Assembly: GCA_017542245.1 (NCBI GenBank)
Contig: JAFXXN010000016.1
Span: 25,711-89,710, forward strand
From: Lachnospiraceae bacterium
GTDB lineage: Bacteria > Bacillota > Clostridia > Lachnospirales > Lachnospiraceae
Length of the DNA: 64,000 nucleotides
Direction of reading: 5' to 3'
The position numbers were made by a program, and so were the translations under genes. The notes below the pieces were generated by a model. The model had not been told where the DNA came from and did not search any database. It was given only the letters and a program-made list of their open reading frames with translations. Shown in pieces: positions 21,330-30,352 of this stretch. Positions within the stretch are counted from its first letter, which is position 1; each line of letters starts with the position of its first letter.

Positions 21330-22256
21330 ATGTCTGATTATTTAGTGAGGGGGACTGCGGCAGATGACAGCATACGCCTTTTTGCGGCGGTAACAACGGA
21401 TCTTGTTCAGGCAGCTCATGATGCACATAACACTTCAAATGTGGCAACGGCTGCACTTGGCAGATTACTGACCGGCGGAGTCATCATGGGATCAATGATG
21501 AAAAATGAAACGGATGTTATGACTTTACAGATAGACTGTGCAGGACCTATCAAGGGTCTTACGGTAACTGTCGGTGCAGTGTGCAGTTCTAATGACGGAG
21601 AAAACACGGACGGTTCAATTTATGTAAAGGGATACTGTAAAAATCCTGCTGTCGAACTGCCTTTAAAGGAAAACGGGAAACTTGATGTGGGCGGAGCCCT
21701 AGGTGCCGGAATGCTTACGGTGATAAAGGATATGGGTCTTAAAGAACCTTTCTCGGGACAGACAGAACTGGTCTCCGGAGAAATCGCCGAAGATCTTACC
21801 TATTATTTTGCAACTTCAGAACAGACGCCGTCAGCCGTTGCTTTAGGAGTCCTTATGGCACCCGAAGGCGGAAAAGTACTTTGTGCGGGCGGGCTTATTG
21901 TCCAGCTGCTTCCTTTTGCTCCGGAAGAAGTTATTACAAAGCTTGAAGAAAAAATAAGTACTATGGAACCTGTTACAGAGATGCTTAAAAAAGGAAGTAC
22001 CCCAGAACAGATACTTGAACTCATGTTTTCAGACATGAATCTTAAGATAAATGACCGGGTAAATATCGGGTTTAAATGCGACTGTTCAAAAGAAAAAGTG
22101 GCAAAAGCCATCATGAGTATTGAAAACAAGGATATAGAAGAAATGATATCCGACGGAAAAAACATAGAAGTCAATTGTCAATTTTGTAATACCACCTATA
22201 ATTTTTCGCCTCAAGAACTGTTAATTTTGCTAGAAAATAAAAAAAGTTTAAATTAG
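21330..22256 (+). CDS. hslO: redox-regulated chaperone Hsp33
   Basis: Hsp33-type N-terminus (MSDYLVRGTAADDSIRLFAA) and the C-terminal zinc motif CDCS...CQFC. Confidence 0.9.
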   Translation: MSDYLVRGTAADDSIRLFAAVTTDLVQAAHDAHNTSNVATAALGRLLTGGVIMGSMMKNETDVMTLQIDCAGPIKGLTVTVGAVCSSNDGENTDGSIYVKGYCKNPAVELPLKENGKLDVGGALGAGMLTVIKDMGLKEPFSGQTELVSGEIAEDLTYYFATSEQTPSAVALGVLMAPEGGKVLCAGGLIVQLLPFAPEEVITKLEEKISTMEPVTEMLKKGSTPEQILELMFSDMNLKINDRVNIGFKCDCSKEKVAKAIMSIENKDIEEMISDGKNIEVNCQFCNTTYNFSPQELLILLENKKSLN

Positions 22257-22260
22257 GTGT

Positions 22261-22287
22261 TAAGTTTATCGTTTTACCTTCCGATAA
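22261..22287 (+). promoter_or_regulatory. sigma-28 (FliA/SigD)-type promoter upstream of flgM
   Basis: TAAG-15 nt-tCCGATAA, compared with the consensus TAAA-N15-GCCGATAA. Confidence 0.65.
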
Positions 22288-22362
22288 TGTAAGTGAAAGA
22301 TAAATTAAAATGAAACCGAATCGGATTATATAAAGGTTTTAAGTAATATGGAGGTGAGTATT

Positions 22363-22629
22363 ATGCGTATTGATTCTATGAACCAGGTCAGCCAGGTATA
22401 TCGTATGAATAAAACCAAAAAAGTAAATACAGCTTATCAGGCTCAGGTTGGCGACAGAGTTGAGATATCACAGCTTGGAAGAGATATTCAGATAGCAAAG
22501 AAGGCAGTAAGTGCTGCTCCCGATATCAGGGAGGATAAAGTTTCAGCCATGAAGGCAGCTTTTGCAGAAGGATATTCTGTAAGTGATAATGATATAGCAG
22601 ACAAGCTCTTAGAAAGCTTCGCTATCTGA
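22363..22629 (+). CDS. flgM: anti-sigma-28 factor FlgM
   Basis: Small protein with its start after GGAGGTG. It has a FlgM-like C-terminus (VSAMKAAFAEGYSVSDNDIADKLLESF) and sits at the head of flgN-flgK. Confidence 0.8.
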   Translation: MRIDSMNQVSQVYRMNKTKKVNTAYQAQVGDRVEISQLGRDIQIAKKAVSAAPDIREDKVSAMKAAFAEGYSVSDNDIADKLLESFAI

Positions 22630-22670
22630 CATATGTTTTCTGATTAAAAATCAGAGGCACGGAGGATTAT

Positions 22671-23186
22671 ATGGCCGGACTGATAGATGAATTGGTAAGT
22701 ACCATTCAACAGGAAAACGATATCTATAAGGAACTGATACCGATCGCGGAAGAAAAGACCCGTGTGATAATTAAGAATGACCTCGATGCGCTGCAGAAGA
22801 TAACTGATGAAGAGCAACTGACCATCGAAAAGATAAATGCTCTCGAGAAAAAGCGCGAAGAGGTCATTGTCAATATAGGGACTGTACTTAACCGCAAGCC
22901 TGAAGAACTTAAAATGAAAACTCTCATAAAGATCATGAGTAAGCAGCCCAAGGAACAGGAAAAGCTTAGCAGGATACATGATGAGCTGAATGGTACGTTA
23001 AAGAGACTGGTGACTATAAATGACAGAAATAAGGAACTTATAAAACAATCCCTGGAAATGATTGAGTTTAACATGAATCTTATTCAAAGCACAAGGATGG
23101 CGCCCGGGGTAAACAATTACACTCGCTCAGCCGGAGAAAGCAGTATCCGGCCGGCAGGGACAGGGATGTTCGATGCCAAGCAGTAG
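22671..23186 (+). CDS. flgN: flagellar export chaperone FlgN family protein
   Basis: Coiled-coil protein of about 170 aa with a FlgN-like N-terminus (LIDELVSTIQQENDIYKELIPIAEEKTRVIIKNDLDALQ). It lies between flgM and flgK. Confidence 0.7.
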   Translation: MAGLIDELVSTIQQENDIYKELIPIAEEKTRVIIKNDLDALQKITDEEQLTIEKINALEKKREEVIVNIGTVLNRKPEELKMKTLIKIMSKQPKEQEKLSRIHDELNGTLKRLVTINDRNKELIKQSLEMIEFNMNLIQSTRMAPGVNNYTRSAGESSIRPAGTGMFDAKQ

Positions 23187-23207
23187 AGGGAATGATGGGG
23201 TGAGCCT

Positions 23208-25082
23208 ATGTCTTTGTTTGGAGATCTTAATGTTGGAACATCCGGACTTAAAGTAAATCAGTACGGACTAAATGTAGTTGCGCACAATTTGGCAAATGTG
23301 GATACCGCCGGGTATGTGAGACAACAGGTAGTGCTTGATACCGCAGTTGTCACCAAAATCGGGGGGAACGGTTTATCTACCTTTCAGGTAGGACTGGGCG
23401 TGGATCCGCAGGTTGTCAGACAGGTGCGCGACTTTTTTTTGGATACGGCATACAGATCAGAGGTTGGCAGACACGGATATTATGATTCACAGGCAGCAGC
23501 CGTAAGGGAAATAGAAGGCCTTTTCGGAGAAATCAGCGGAGTTGCATTTCAGGATACATTGTCAGATCTGTGGGTATCAATGCAGGAGCTTTCAAAAGAG
23601 CCCGACAGCCGTGTTGCACAGGCAACATTTATTGAAAACGGCGTAACTTTCCTTGAGAGAGCAAACAAGATATATACTGAATTAAAAAACTATCAGAAAG
23701 ATTTAAATGTTCAGATAAGAGACCAGATAAAAAGAATAAATGAAATAGGCGAAAGCATCAACGAGCTTAATCAGCAGATAGCTAAATTTGAAGGTGACGG
23801 CAGAGAGCATGCAAATGACTTAAGAGATGCAAGAAACAATCTGCTGGATGAACTCGGGCAGATGGTAAAGATAGATTACCAGGAAATGAACAGCGGCAAA
23901 GTAGTAGTAAATGTGGAAGGTGTCCAGTTTGTAAGTGAAGATTTCTATTATGAGATGGGCACTATGACCATGGCAGACTATTATGATGCAAATCCGGACT
24001 ATGATTTACATCCTGAATATGACGATGAAGGTAAACGTAAATCAAAACAGTTGGATGAATGTGCAGACATCCTTATGGCGGTATGGCCACACCTCGGAGG
24101 CAGGGATGTATTTGATCTGGCAACAAGCGTTCCGTCTTCAACAGCAAACAGTGATATAGGAAGTTTGAAAGGAATCATTCAGGCAAGAGGAACAAAAGTC
24201 GGAAAGTATACCGACATCCCTATTGAACCTAAACGTGAAGACTTCCTTGATGAGGACGGGGAATTTGATGCCGAAGGATTTGAAGAAGCAGTAAAACAGT
24301 ATGAAAAGGATACTGATGAATATAATTTAAGAGTTGAATCTTCTATAGTAATGAGGACACAGGCACAGTTCGATCAGCTGATACACGGTATTATCACCAC
24401 GATAAACGATACGCTTTGTCCGAATACAACATATGAGCTTGAAGAAGATATCACATTACCGGACGGAAGAACTTATGAAGCCGGTTCAAAGATCAAGATA
24501 CTGGATATAGAAAATGCTCCTGTCGGAGTAGATAAGGACAAAACCTTAGCTACCGAATTCTTCTCAAGAAAAACTGTAGAAAGATATTCGGAAGTGACAT
24601 TAGCGGACGGAACAACTATATATGTTTATAATGAGGAAGACGCAAAAGATAATTACTCCATGTTTACATTAGGTGAAGTTGAAGTAAATCCCACATTGCT
24701 TGCCGACAAGTCAAAGCTCCCGATAATGTCCCCAGACAGAAGCGGAAATTATGACATAAAAGCAATACAAAGCCTTATGGAAAAGTGGCAGGAACCGTTT
24801 GCAACATTGTCACCCAATACATTAACATTTAACAATTTCATGGGTTACTACAATCAGTTTACCGGAAGCATAGCTACGAAGGGAGACGAGTTCAATATCC
24901 TTTCGGAAAATCAGAAAGCCATGGTAGATTCCATAGAAGATAAACGTACCGGAGTGACCGGAGTTTCTTCAGATGAAGAACTTACTTATCTGATAAAATA
25001 TCAGCAGGCTTACAATGCTTCTGCAAGATACATAAACGTAATAGATGAGATGCTTGAGCATGTTATAGAGAGACTCGGTTAA
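23208..25082 (+). CDS. flgK: flagellar hook-associated protein 1 (FlgK), copy 1
   Basis: N-terminal rod/hook motif (GTSGLKVNQYGLNVVAHNLANVDTAGYVRQ) and C-terminal motif (EELTYLIKYQQAYNASARYINVIDEML). Confidence 0.85.
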   Translation: MSLFGDLNVGTSGLKVNQYGLNVVAHNLANVDTAGYVRQQVVLDTAVVTKIGGNGLSTFQVGLGVDPQVVRQVRDFFLDTAYRSEVGRHGYYDSQAAAVREIEGLFGEISGVAFQDTLSDLWVSMQELSKEPDSRVAQATFIENGVTFLERANKIYTELKNYQKDLNVQIRDQIKRINEIGESINELNQQIAKFEGDGREHANDLRDARNNLLDELGQMVKIDYQEMNSGKVVVNVEGVQFVSEDFYYEMGTMTMADYYDANPDYDLHPEYDDEGKRKSKQLDECADILMAVWPHLGGRDVFDLATSVPSSTANSDIGSLKGIIQARGTKVGKYTDIPIEPKREDFLDEDGEFDAEGFEEAVKQYEKDTDEYNLRVESSIVMRTQAQFDQLIHGIITTINDTLCPNTTYELEEDITLPDGRTYEAGSKIKILDIENAPVGVDKDKTLATEFFSRKTVERYSEVTLADGTTIYVYNEEDAKDNYSMFTLGEVEVNPTLLADKSKLPIMSPDRSGNYDIKAIQSLMEKWQEPFATLSPNTLTFNNFMGYYNQFTGSIATKGDEFNILSENQKAMVDSIEDKRTGVTGVSSDEELTYLIKYQQAYNASARYINVIDEMLEHVIERLG

Positions 25083-25123
25083 AATTGCTTAAGCAGATAA
25101 AGGTAATAAACGGAGGTGGGTAT

Positions 25124-26959
25124 ATGGCTAATACATTTTTCGGACTTACAATAGGAACTACAGGATTGTATGGTGCGAACCTTGGTATTAATACAACCGC
25201 ACATAATATAACAAATGCCGAAACTGAAGGGTATTCCCGCCAGGTATTAAAGACACGTGCCGATACAGCGTTAAAAGCTAACAGCACTTACGGTATGATA
25301 GGAACCGGATTATCGGTTTACAGTATAAAGCAGATCAGGGATAATTATTATGATGAGAAATTCAGAAGCAATAAATCTCTTTCAGGTTTCTATGATGCCC
25401 AGGACTATTATATGAAGTCTATAGAAGGATACTTCAACGAAATACAGCTTGAAGGCTTTAACAGTAACTTTAACTATTTCTGTGACGCACTTCAGGAACT
25501 TTCGAAGGATCCGTCAAGCTTAGCAGTACGTACTCAGGCAAACAACTACGCACAGAACCTGTGTGATTATATAAACTCACTGAATACGAGCTTAGAGCAG
25601 CTACAGGACAGTACAAACTTTGAGATAAAAACCATGACCGATCAGATAAACTCATATGCAGCTCAGATAGCCGGATTAACAAAACAGATAAATACTCTGG
25701 AAGTAACCGGTTCGGTAGCAAATGACTTACGAGATCAGAGAAACCTGCTTATAGATGAATTATCGGGCATAGTTGATATAACAGTAAGCGAAAAAGTTCT
25801 CGGTATAGATGAAGTAGGAGCTACCGAATACATCGTAAGGATCGGAGATGCGGTACTTGTTGATACATATGACTGGAATTCCCTGCATGTAGTTCCGAGA
25901 GCCGAGAAGATAAATCAATCCGATGTTGACGGTCTATATGAGATAGAATGGATAAGCGGCCAGCGTTTTGACGGATTGCACAGCGGCGGAAGAATGCAGG
26001 CACTCTATGAAGTAAGAGACGGAAACAGCGGCCAGTATTTCTTCGGAAGTGCAACCGGAGCCGCGGGAACCAAGACCATAACAGTGACCGATTCAAGCAT
26101 CAACAGTGTGGATAAACTTCACATACCAGAAAGCGGAACCATCGTTATCGGTGACAAAGAGTACATATATACCGGTTTTAAAGTTACGGATGAAGATGGG
26201 GACGGATCTTATGAGTATGAGTTTTCTCTTGAGAAAGAGCTTGTTGCCGATTATGATAATTCAGAAGTCAGGATCGGACAACATATATCATATAAGGGAA
26301 TAGCCTACTATATGGCTCAGCTGGATGAATTTACCAGAACATTTTCAAGGGAATTCAATGATATACATACATCCGGAAAAGACATGGACGGAAATGACGG
26401 ACTTGATTATTTTAACTCCATGCAGAAAGCAACCGGGAAGAATTATGTATTCTATAATACAGAAGAAGCAGATGATTATGACGGCATAATAATATCCAGT
26501 AAGACCGGAGATTATGCAGTTGATGATGAAGAAGAAAACTACGGAAGTTATTACTTCATGACAGCTAAAGGATTCTCTGTAACAAAAGACGTATACAGCG
26601 ATCCCCATAAACTGGTAACAGCTACGGATATAACAGACGGAATAGAAAAAAGCGATTTAGTTGAAAAGTACGTGGAATTAAGAGACAAAAACATGTTCCT
26701 TCAGGGAACACCTCAGGGATTCCTTCAATCGCTTGTGGCAGAGCTCGGTGTAGACGCCCACAAGTCAGAAAACTTCAGCAAAAACCAGAGCGACATTGTA
26801 GATGCAATCGTAAATCAGCGTCTCTCAGTCTCGGGAGTAGACATGGACGAAGAAGCCATGAACCTCGTCCGCTACCAAAACTCCTACAACCTCGCCGCAA
26901 AAGTCATCAGCACCATGAACGAAATCTACGACAAACTCATCAACTACATGGGCGCATGA
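25124..26959 (+). CDS. flgK: flagellar hook-associated protein FlgK family, copy 2
   Basis: The start is at MANTFF, after GGAGGTGGG. It shows the motifs GTTGLYGANLGINTTAHNITNAETEGYSRQ and EEAMNLVRYQNSYNLAAKVISTMNEIYDKL. Confidence 0.8.
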   Translation: MANTFFGLTIGTTGLYGANLGINTTAHNITNAETEGYSRQVLKTRADTALKANSTYGMIGTGLSVYSIKQIRDNYYDEKFRSNKSLSGFYDAQDYYMKSIEGYFNEIQLEGFNSNFNYFCDALQELSKDPSSLAVRTQANNYAQNLCDYINSLNTSLEQLQDSTNFEIKTMTDQINSYAAQIAGLTKQINTLEVTGSVANDLRDQRNLLIDELSGIVDITVSEKVLGIDEVGATEYIVRIGDAVLVDTYDWNSLHVVPRAEKINQSDVDGLYEIEWISGQRFDGLHSGGRMQALYEVRDGNSGQYFFGSATGAAGTKTITVTDSSINSVDKLHIPESGTIVIGDKEYIYTGFKVTDEDGDGSYEYEFSLEKELVADYDNSEVRIGQHISYKGIAYYMAQLDEFTRTFSREFNDIHTSGKDMDGNDGLDYFNSMQKATGKNYVFYNTEEADDYDGIIISSKTGDYAVDDEEENYGSYYFMTAKGFSVTKDVYSDPHKLVTATDITDGIEKSDLVEKYVELRDKNMFLQGTPQGFLQSLVAELGVDAHKSENFSKNQSDIVDAIVNQRLSVSGVDMDEEAMNLVRYQNSYNLAAKVISTMNEIYDKLINYMGA

Positions 26960-27047
26960 GGGAGATGCTCGTGCAGGTGAGACAGATTTTTATCCGGGAC
27001 GTTATGTGCTTGCACATATAAGGACCGGTAATAAATCTGGCTCATAA

Positions 27048-27212
27048 GCGAAGCGTTGACCGAACGGACATCCTCAGACAAAAGTGGCTTTAGCCACGAC
27101 GGACGCGAAGCGGACGGTCTGAGGGATGGGCGGGCGGTCTGCACGAGCTATGGACGGTCTGAGGCTTGGGCGTGAGGCGGATCAGTTATGCTAGGGCGGA
27201 CGGTCTGACGGA
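27048..27212. repeat. GC-rich degenerate repeats (GGACGGTCTGA units with 20-bp phasing) in the flgK'-flgL spacer
   Basis: Units start at 27112, 27132 (variant), 27152 and 27198. CGAAG-loop mini-hairpins sit at about 27048 and 27104. Hairpin GTGGCTTTAGCCAC is at 27084-27097. CCTCAGAC (27072) is complementary to GTCTGAGG (27117). Confidence 0.7.
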
Positions 27213-27242
27213 TCAATAAAACACAATTTTAAGGAGGCCACT

Positions 27243-28802
27243 ATGAGAATCACCAATAAAATGATGACCAACAATATGCTCTCGAACATAAATATAAATA
27301 AAAACCATATGTCTACTTTGGAGAATAAATATGCTTCGGGCATGGAGATCCAGAAGCCTTCAGACGATCCTATAGTAGCTGTACGTGCCCTGAAACTTCG
27401 TACAAACCTTTCAGAGCTGACCCAATATTATAAGAAGAATATTCCTGATGCAAAATCATGGATGGAATCAACCGAGAGCGCATTAAGAAACACATCAGAG
27501 GTAATTACCCAAATACATACCTACTGCGTACAGGGTGCAAACGATACCCTTACGGAATCAGAGAGAAAGAGCATAGTAGAAAACCTTTTGGGGCTTAAGG
27601 CACAGGTATACCAGGAAGGAAATTCAAACTATGCCGGAAGATATCTCTTTACCGGTTATAAGACCGATACAAGTTTGGTTTTTGAGGAAGCGGAAACAAA
27701 AATTAATTACAAAATAACAGAAACATTTAAACCTTCCGATATCGAAATATCCGACAGGATAATAGATTCTTTCCTGATGGATGATGTTACGGCAGACACA
27801 CTTGGAGATATCGAGATAGAAGACAGACCGACCTCCACGACTATATATCGTATAAGACTTTCATATGATAAACTGAAGAGCATTGATGACGGAGGAAGCT
27901 TGTCATTAAAAATCCCGGCTACCGATGAAAACGGAGAAATAATCAAGGACGATGAAGGTAACGTAGTGTATGAAGAAGAACTCTCAGAAGATGATTTTGT
28001 TGTAATGACTTCTGATAATCCTAATGCATATAAGTTTGCCGAAGGAGAAGAAAACGAGATCCATTTCATAGAAGATACCGGAGAGATAATTATGGGTCCC
28101 GGATTATATAATGAATGGCGTGACAAAAATTTCGAGATAACATACGAGAAGGAATCCTTCGAGAAAAACGAATTAAGACCGGAGCACTACTTTACATGTA
28201 CAGCTACTGACTTAACGCTTGATGAGGATGAAAGGGAAGAAAAAGCTATACATTATACGGTAGAAGATCAGCAGATAGCTTATGAGATAAACTTTAACCA
28301 GCGTTTGGCTATAAATGTTCAGGCAAAAGATGCTTACAGGCATTCACTCGGAAGAGCGATAGACGATATCGTAAAAGCAATTTCGGACGTGGAAGCTGTA
28401 AAGGAAAAGCTGAATAAAGTAAACAAGATGCTTGAAGATACTTATCTTGATGATGAGCAGATATCAAAGCTTAAAGAAATAAAAGGAGTTCTTGAATCCG
28501 AACTGGACCTTAAGGACAGTCTTATGAGGGATTCATACGGAAGAGGACTTACTGCGATGCAGATGGAAGAAAATCTTGTAAATTCCGCAACCAGTGATAT
28601 AGGAACGCGTTACAGCCGTATAGAGCTGACCGAGGACCGCTTAAGCACACAGCAGGTTGAATTTACGGATCTTCTTTCACAAAACGAAGACGCAGATCTG
28701 GTTGATACTATTGTAAATTACAACGCTGCAAATACTGTATATAACGCTTCACTTCAGGCAGCAGGAAAAGTAGTCAAGAACACACTGCTTGATTTCCTGT
28801 AG
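27243..28802 (+). CDS. flgL: flagellar hook-associated protein 3 (FlgL), long form
   Basis: Flagellin-N-like N-terminus MRITNKMM..., the motif SGMEIQKPSDDPIVAVRALKLR, and a conserved C-terminal helix. A large central insertion brings it to 519 aa. Confidence 0.85.
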   Translation: MRITNKMMTNNMLSNININKNHMSTLENKYASGMEIQKPSDDPIVAVRALKLRTNLSELTQYYKKNIPDAKSWMESTESALRNTSEVITQIHTYCVQGANDTLTESERKSIVENLLGLKAQVYQEGNSNYAGRYLFTGYKTDTSLVFEEAETKINYKITETFKPSDIEISDRIIDSFLMDDVTADTLGDIEIEDRPTSTTIYRIRLSYDKLKSIDDGGSLSLKIPATDENGEIIKDDEGNVVYEEELSEDDFVVMTSDNPNAYKFAEGEENEIHFIEDTGEIIMGPGLYNEWRDKNFEITYEKESFEKNELRPEHYFTCTATDLTLDEDEREEKAIHYTVEDQQIAYEINFNQRLAINVQAKDAYRHSLGRAIDDIVKAISDVEAVKEKLNKVNKMLEDTYLDDEQISKLKEIKGVLESELDLKDSLMRDSYGRGLTAMQMEENLVNSATSDIGTRYSRIELTEDRLSTQQVEFTDLLSQNEDADLVDTIVNYNAANTVYNASLQAAGKVVKNTLLDFL

Positions 28803-28840
28803 GATTAAAAAGACTCTTTATAAATATTCAGAAAATTTAG

Positions 28841-28869
28841 TTGATTTTTTGAAAAAAATAGAGTATAAT
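28841..28869 (+). promoter_or_regulatory. sigma-A-type promoter candidate for fliW-csrA
   Basis: TTGATT-17 nt-TATAAT, about 90 nt upstream of fliW. Confidence 0.55.
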
Positions 28870-28958
28870 GACAGAAGACATATCACAAGCTAAATTGAGT
28901 GATTTTCAGATTGTGACAATGTAAAAATTTAAGGGGTTAAATATAAGGAGGATGTATT

Positions 28959-29429
28959 ATGAAAGTAAAAACAAGGCACTTTGGGGAAGTTGAGATCGAT
29001 GAGAGCAAGGTTATCACCATGGATAACGGTCTGTTTGGATTTGAGAACTATAAGAAATATATTCTTCTCTATGATTCAAGCACAGATGAGATCCCAAGTA
29101 TCCAGTGGCTTCAGAGCGTAGATGAGGAACTTCTGGCACTTCCTGTTATGATTCCTACCACTATTGTTCCGGAGTATAACCCTGTAGTTGATGATGAATA
29201 TCTGGAGAACCTTGGCGAGTGGACCGAAGATACACTGTCCATACTTGTTACGGTTACCGTACCGATAGATGTTAAGAATATGTCCATCAACCTTAAAGCG
29301 CCCATCGTTATCAACACTGCAACAATGAAAGGCGGCCAGGTAGTAGCTGAGAATTCTGATTACGAAGTAAAATATAAGATTCATGATCTGCTTGAAGCTG
29401 CCAGAAAGAAGAAGGAGGAGGAAGGCTGA
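28959..29429 (+). CDS. fliW: flagellar assembly factor FliW
   Basis: The FliW signature N-terminus is [29 protein letters not shown]. It is translationally coupled to csrA. Confidence 0.9.
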   Translation: MKVKTRHFGEVEIDESKVITMDNGLFGFENYKKYILLYDSSTDEIPSIQWLQSVDEELLALPVMIPTTIVPEYNPVVDDEYLENLGEWTEDTLSILVTVTVPIDVKNMSINLKAPIVINTATMKGGQVVAENSDYEVKYKIHDLLEAARKKKEEEG

Positions 29430-29653
29430 TGCTGGCATTATCAAGGAAGACGAATGAATCAATTATGCTCGGCAATGACATAGAAATAACTGTTCTTGAA
29501 ATAAAAGGAGATCAGGTTAAGATAGGTGTAAATGCACCAAAGAGTGTGGCTATATTCAGAAAAGAAATATATGTCCAGATTCAGGAAGAGAACAAGAAAG
29601 CGGCTGAGCAGCAGGTTGACAGGGATACTATCGAAAAATTATTTAAAATTTAA
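29429..29653 (+). CDS. csrA: carbon storage regulator CsrA
   Basis: [48 protein letters not shown] is a near-canonical CsrA sequence. Confidence 0.95.
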   Translation: MLALSRKTNESIMLGNDIEITVLEIKGDQVKIGVNAPKSVAIFRKEIYVQIQEENKKAAEQQVDRDTIEKLFKI

Positions 29654-29664
29654 TATTTTGCTAT

Positions 29665-29691
29665 TAAGTTTTTTTACAAAGTATCCGATAA
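29665..29691 (+). promoter_or_regulatory. sigma-28-type promoter upstream of flaG-fliD
   Basis: TAAG-15 nt-tCCGATAA. Confidence 0.65.
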
Positions 29692-29901
29692 AAAGAATAG
29701 AATAGAATCCCATTAGTGTATCCACAACTAAAAGGATTTGGGCAGATAATCATGCGGGATGAATATTCTGTATGATTATTTGTGTTTTAACCGGGAAGTT
29801 TAGAGCATTCTTATCATTCCGGTTTGTGTCACAAGGAGGTGTGACGGTATTTTTACCGTCGGTACAAATGGTTTCGGAATACCGAACGAAAGGAGAACGA
29901 T

Positions 29902-30312
29902 ATGGGAATAGAAGTTGTTGGATCAAGTCAAAGCTATCAGCCAAGTACTTCCTATTCGTCGGCACCCGTTGAGAGCGTTTCTGTATCAAAGCAAGGAGTG
30001 GATACTGCGACTTCCGTAGCTGTAAAGCCGGTAGGCCAGGTAGCAGATGGACAGATAAAAGCAGATAACGGCAAGCAGCCGACCGATGAAGAAGTAAAGG
30101 CAGCTATCAATCAGGCAAATAAAAGATCAAAAGCTCTATTCGGTCACGCAAATGCAGAGTTCTCGTATCATGAAGCTACCAAGCGGATATCCGTAAAGAT
30201 AGTGGATCAGGATACGAACGAGGTTATCAGGGAGATACCTCCCGAGGAAACACTCGACATGATCAGTAAGATGTGGGAACTTGCAGGCATTATCGTGGAC
30301 GAAAAGCGTTGA
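29902..30312 (+). CDS. flaG: flagellar protein FlaG
   Basis: FlaG-like C-terminal half (FSYHEATKRISVKIVDQDTNEVIREIPPEETLDM). It lies before fliD. Confidence 0.8.
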   Translation: MGIEVVGSSQSYQPSTSYSSAPVESVSVSKQGVDTATSVAVKPVGQVADGQIKADNGKQPTDEEVKAAINQANKRSKALFGHANAEFSYHEATKRISVKIVDQDTNEVIREIPPEETLDMISKMWELAGIIVDEKR

Positions 30313-30352
30313 GGCACACGCAAGGATGCGTAAAGAACATGGAGGTTAACTT

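Noticed and set aside
26944-27144. 66-aa minus-strand ORF (MQTARPSLRPSASRPS...) inside the flgK'-flgL spacer.
   Set aside because: It has no SD. Its composition (Arg/Pro/Ser-rich) is what translation of a GC-rich repeat gives, and it overlaps the end of flgK'. I treat it as an artefact of the repeat element.
27110-27212. 20-bp-phased GGACGGTCTGA repeats as a possible mini-CRISPR array.
   Set aside because: The units are only about 11 bp and degenerate. They have no unique spacers of CRISPR length and no cas genes or leader.
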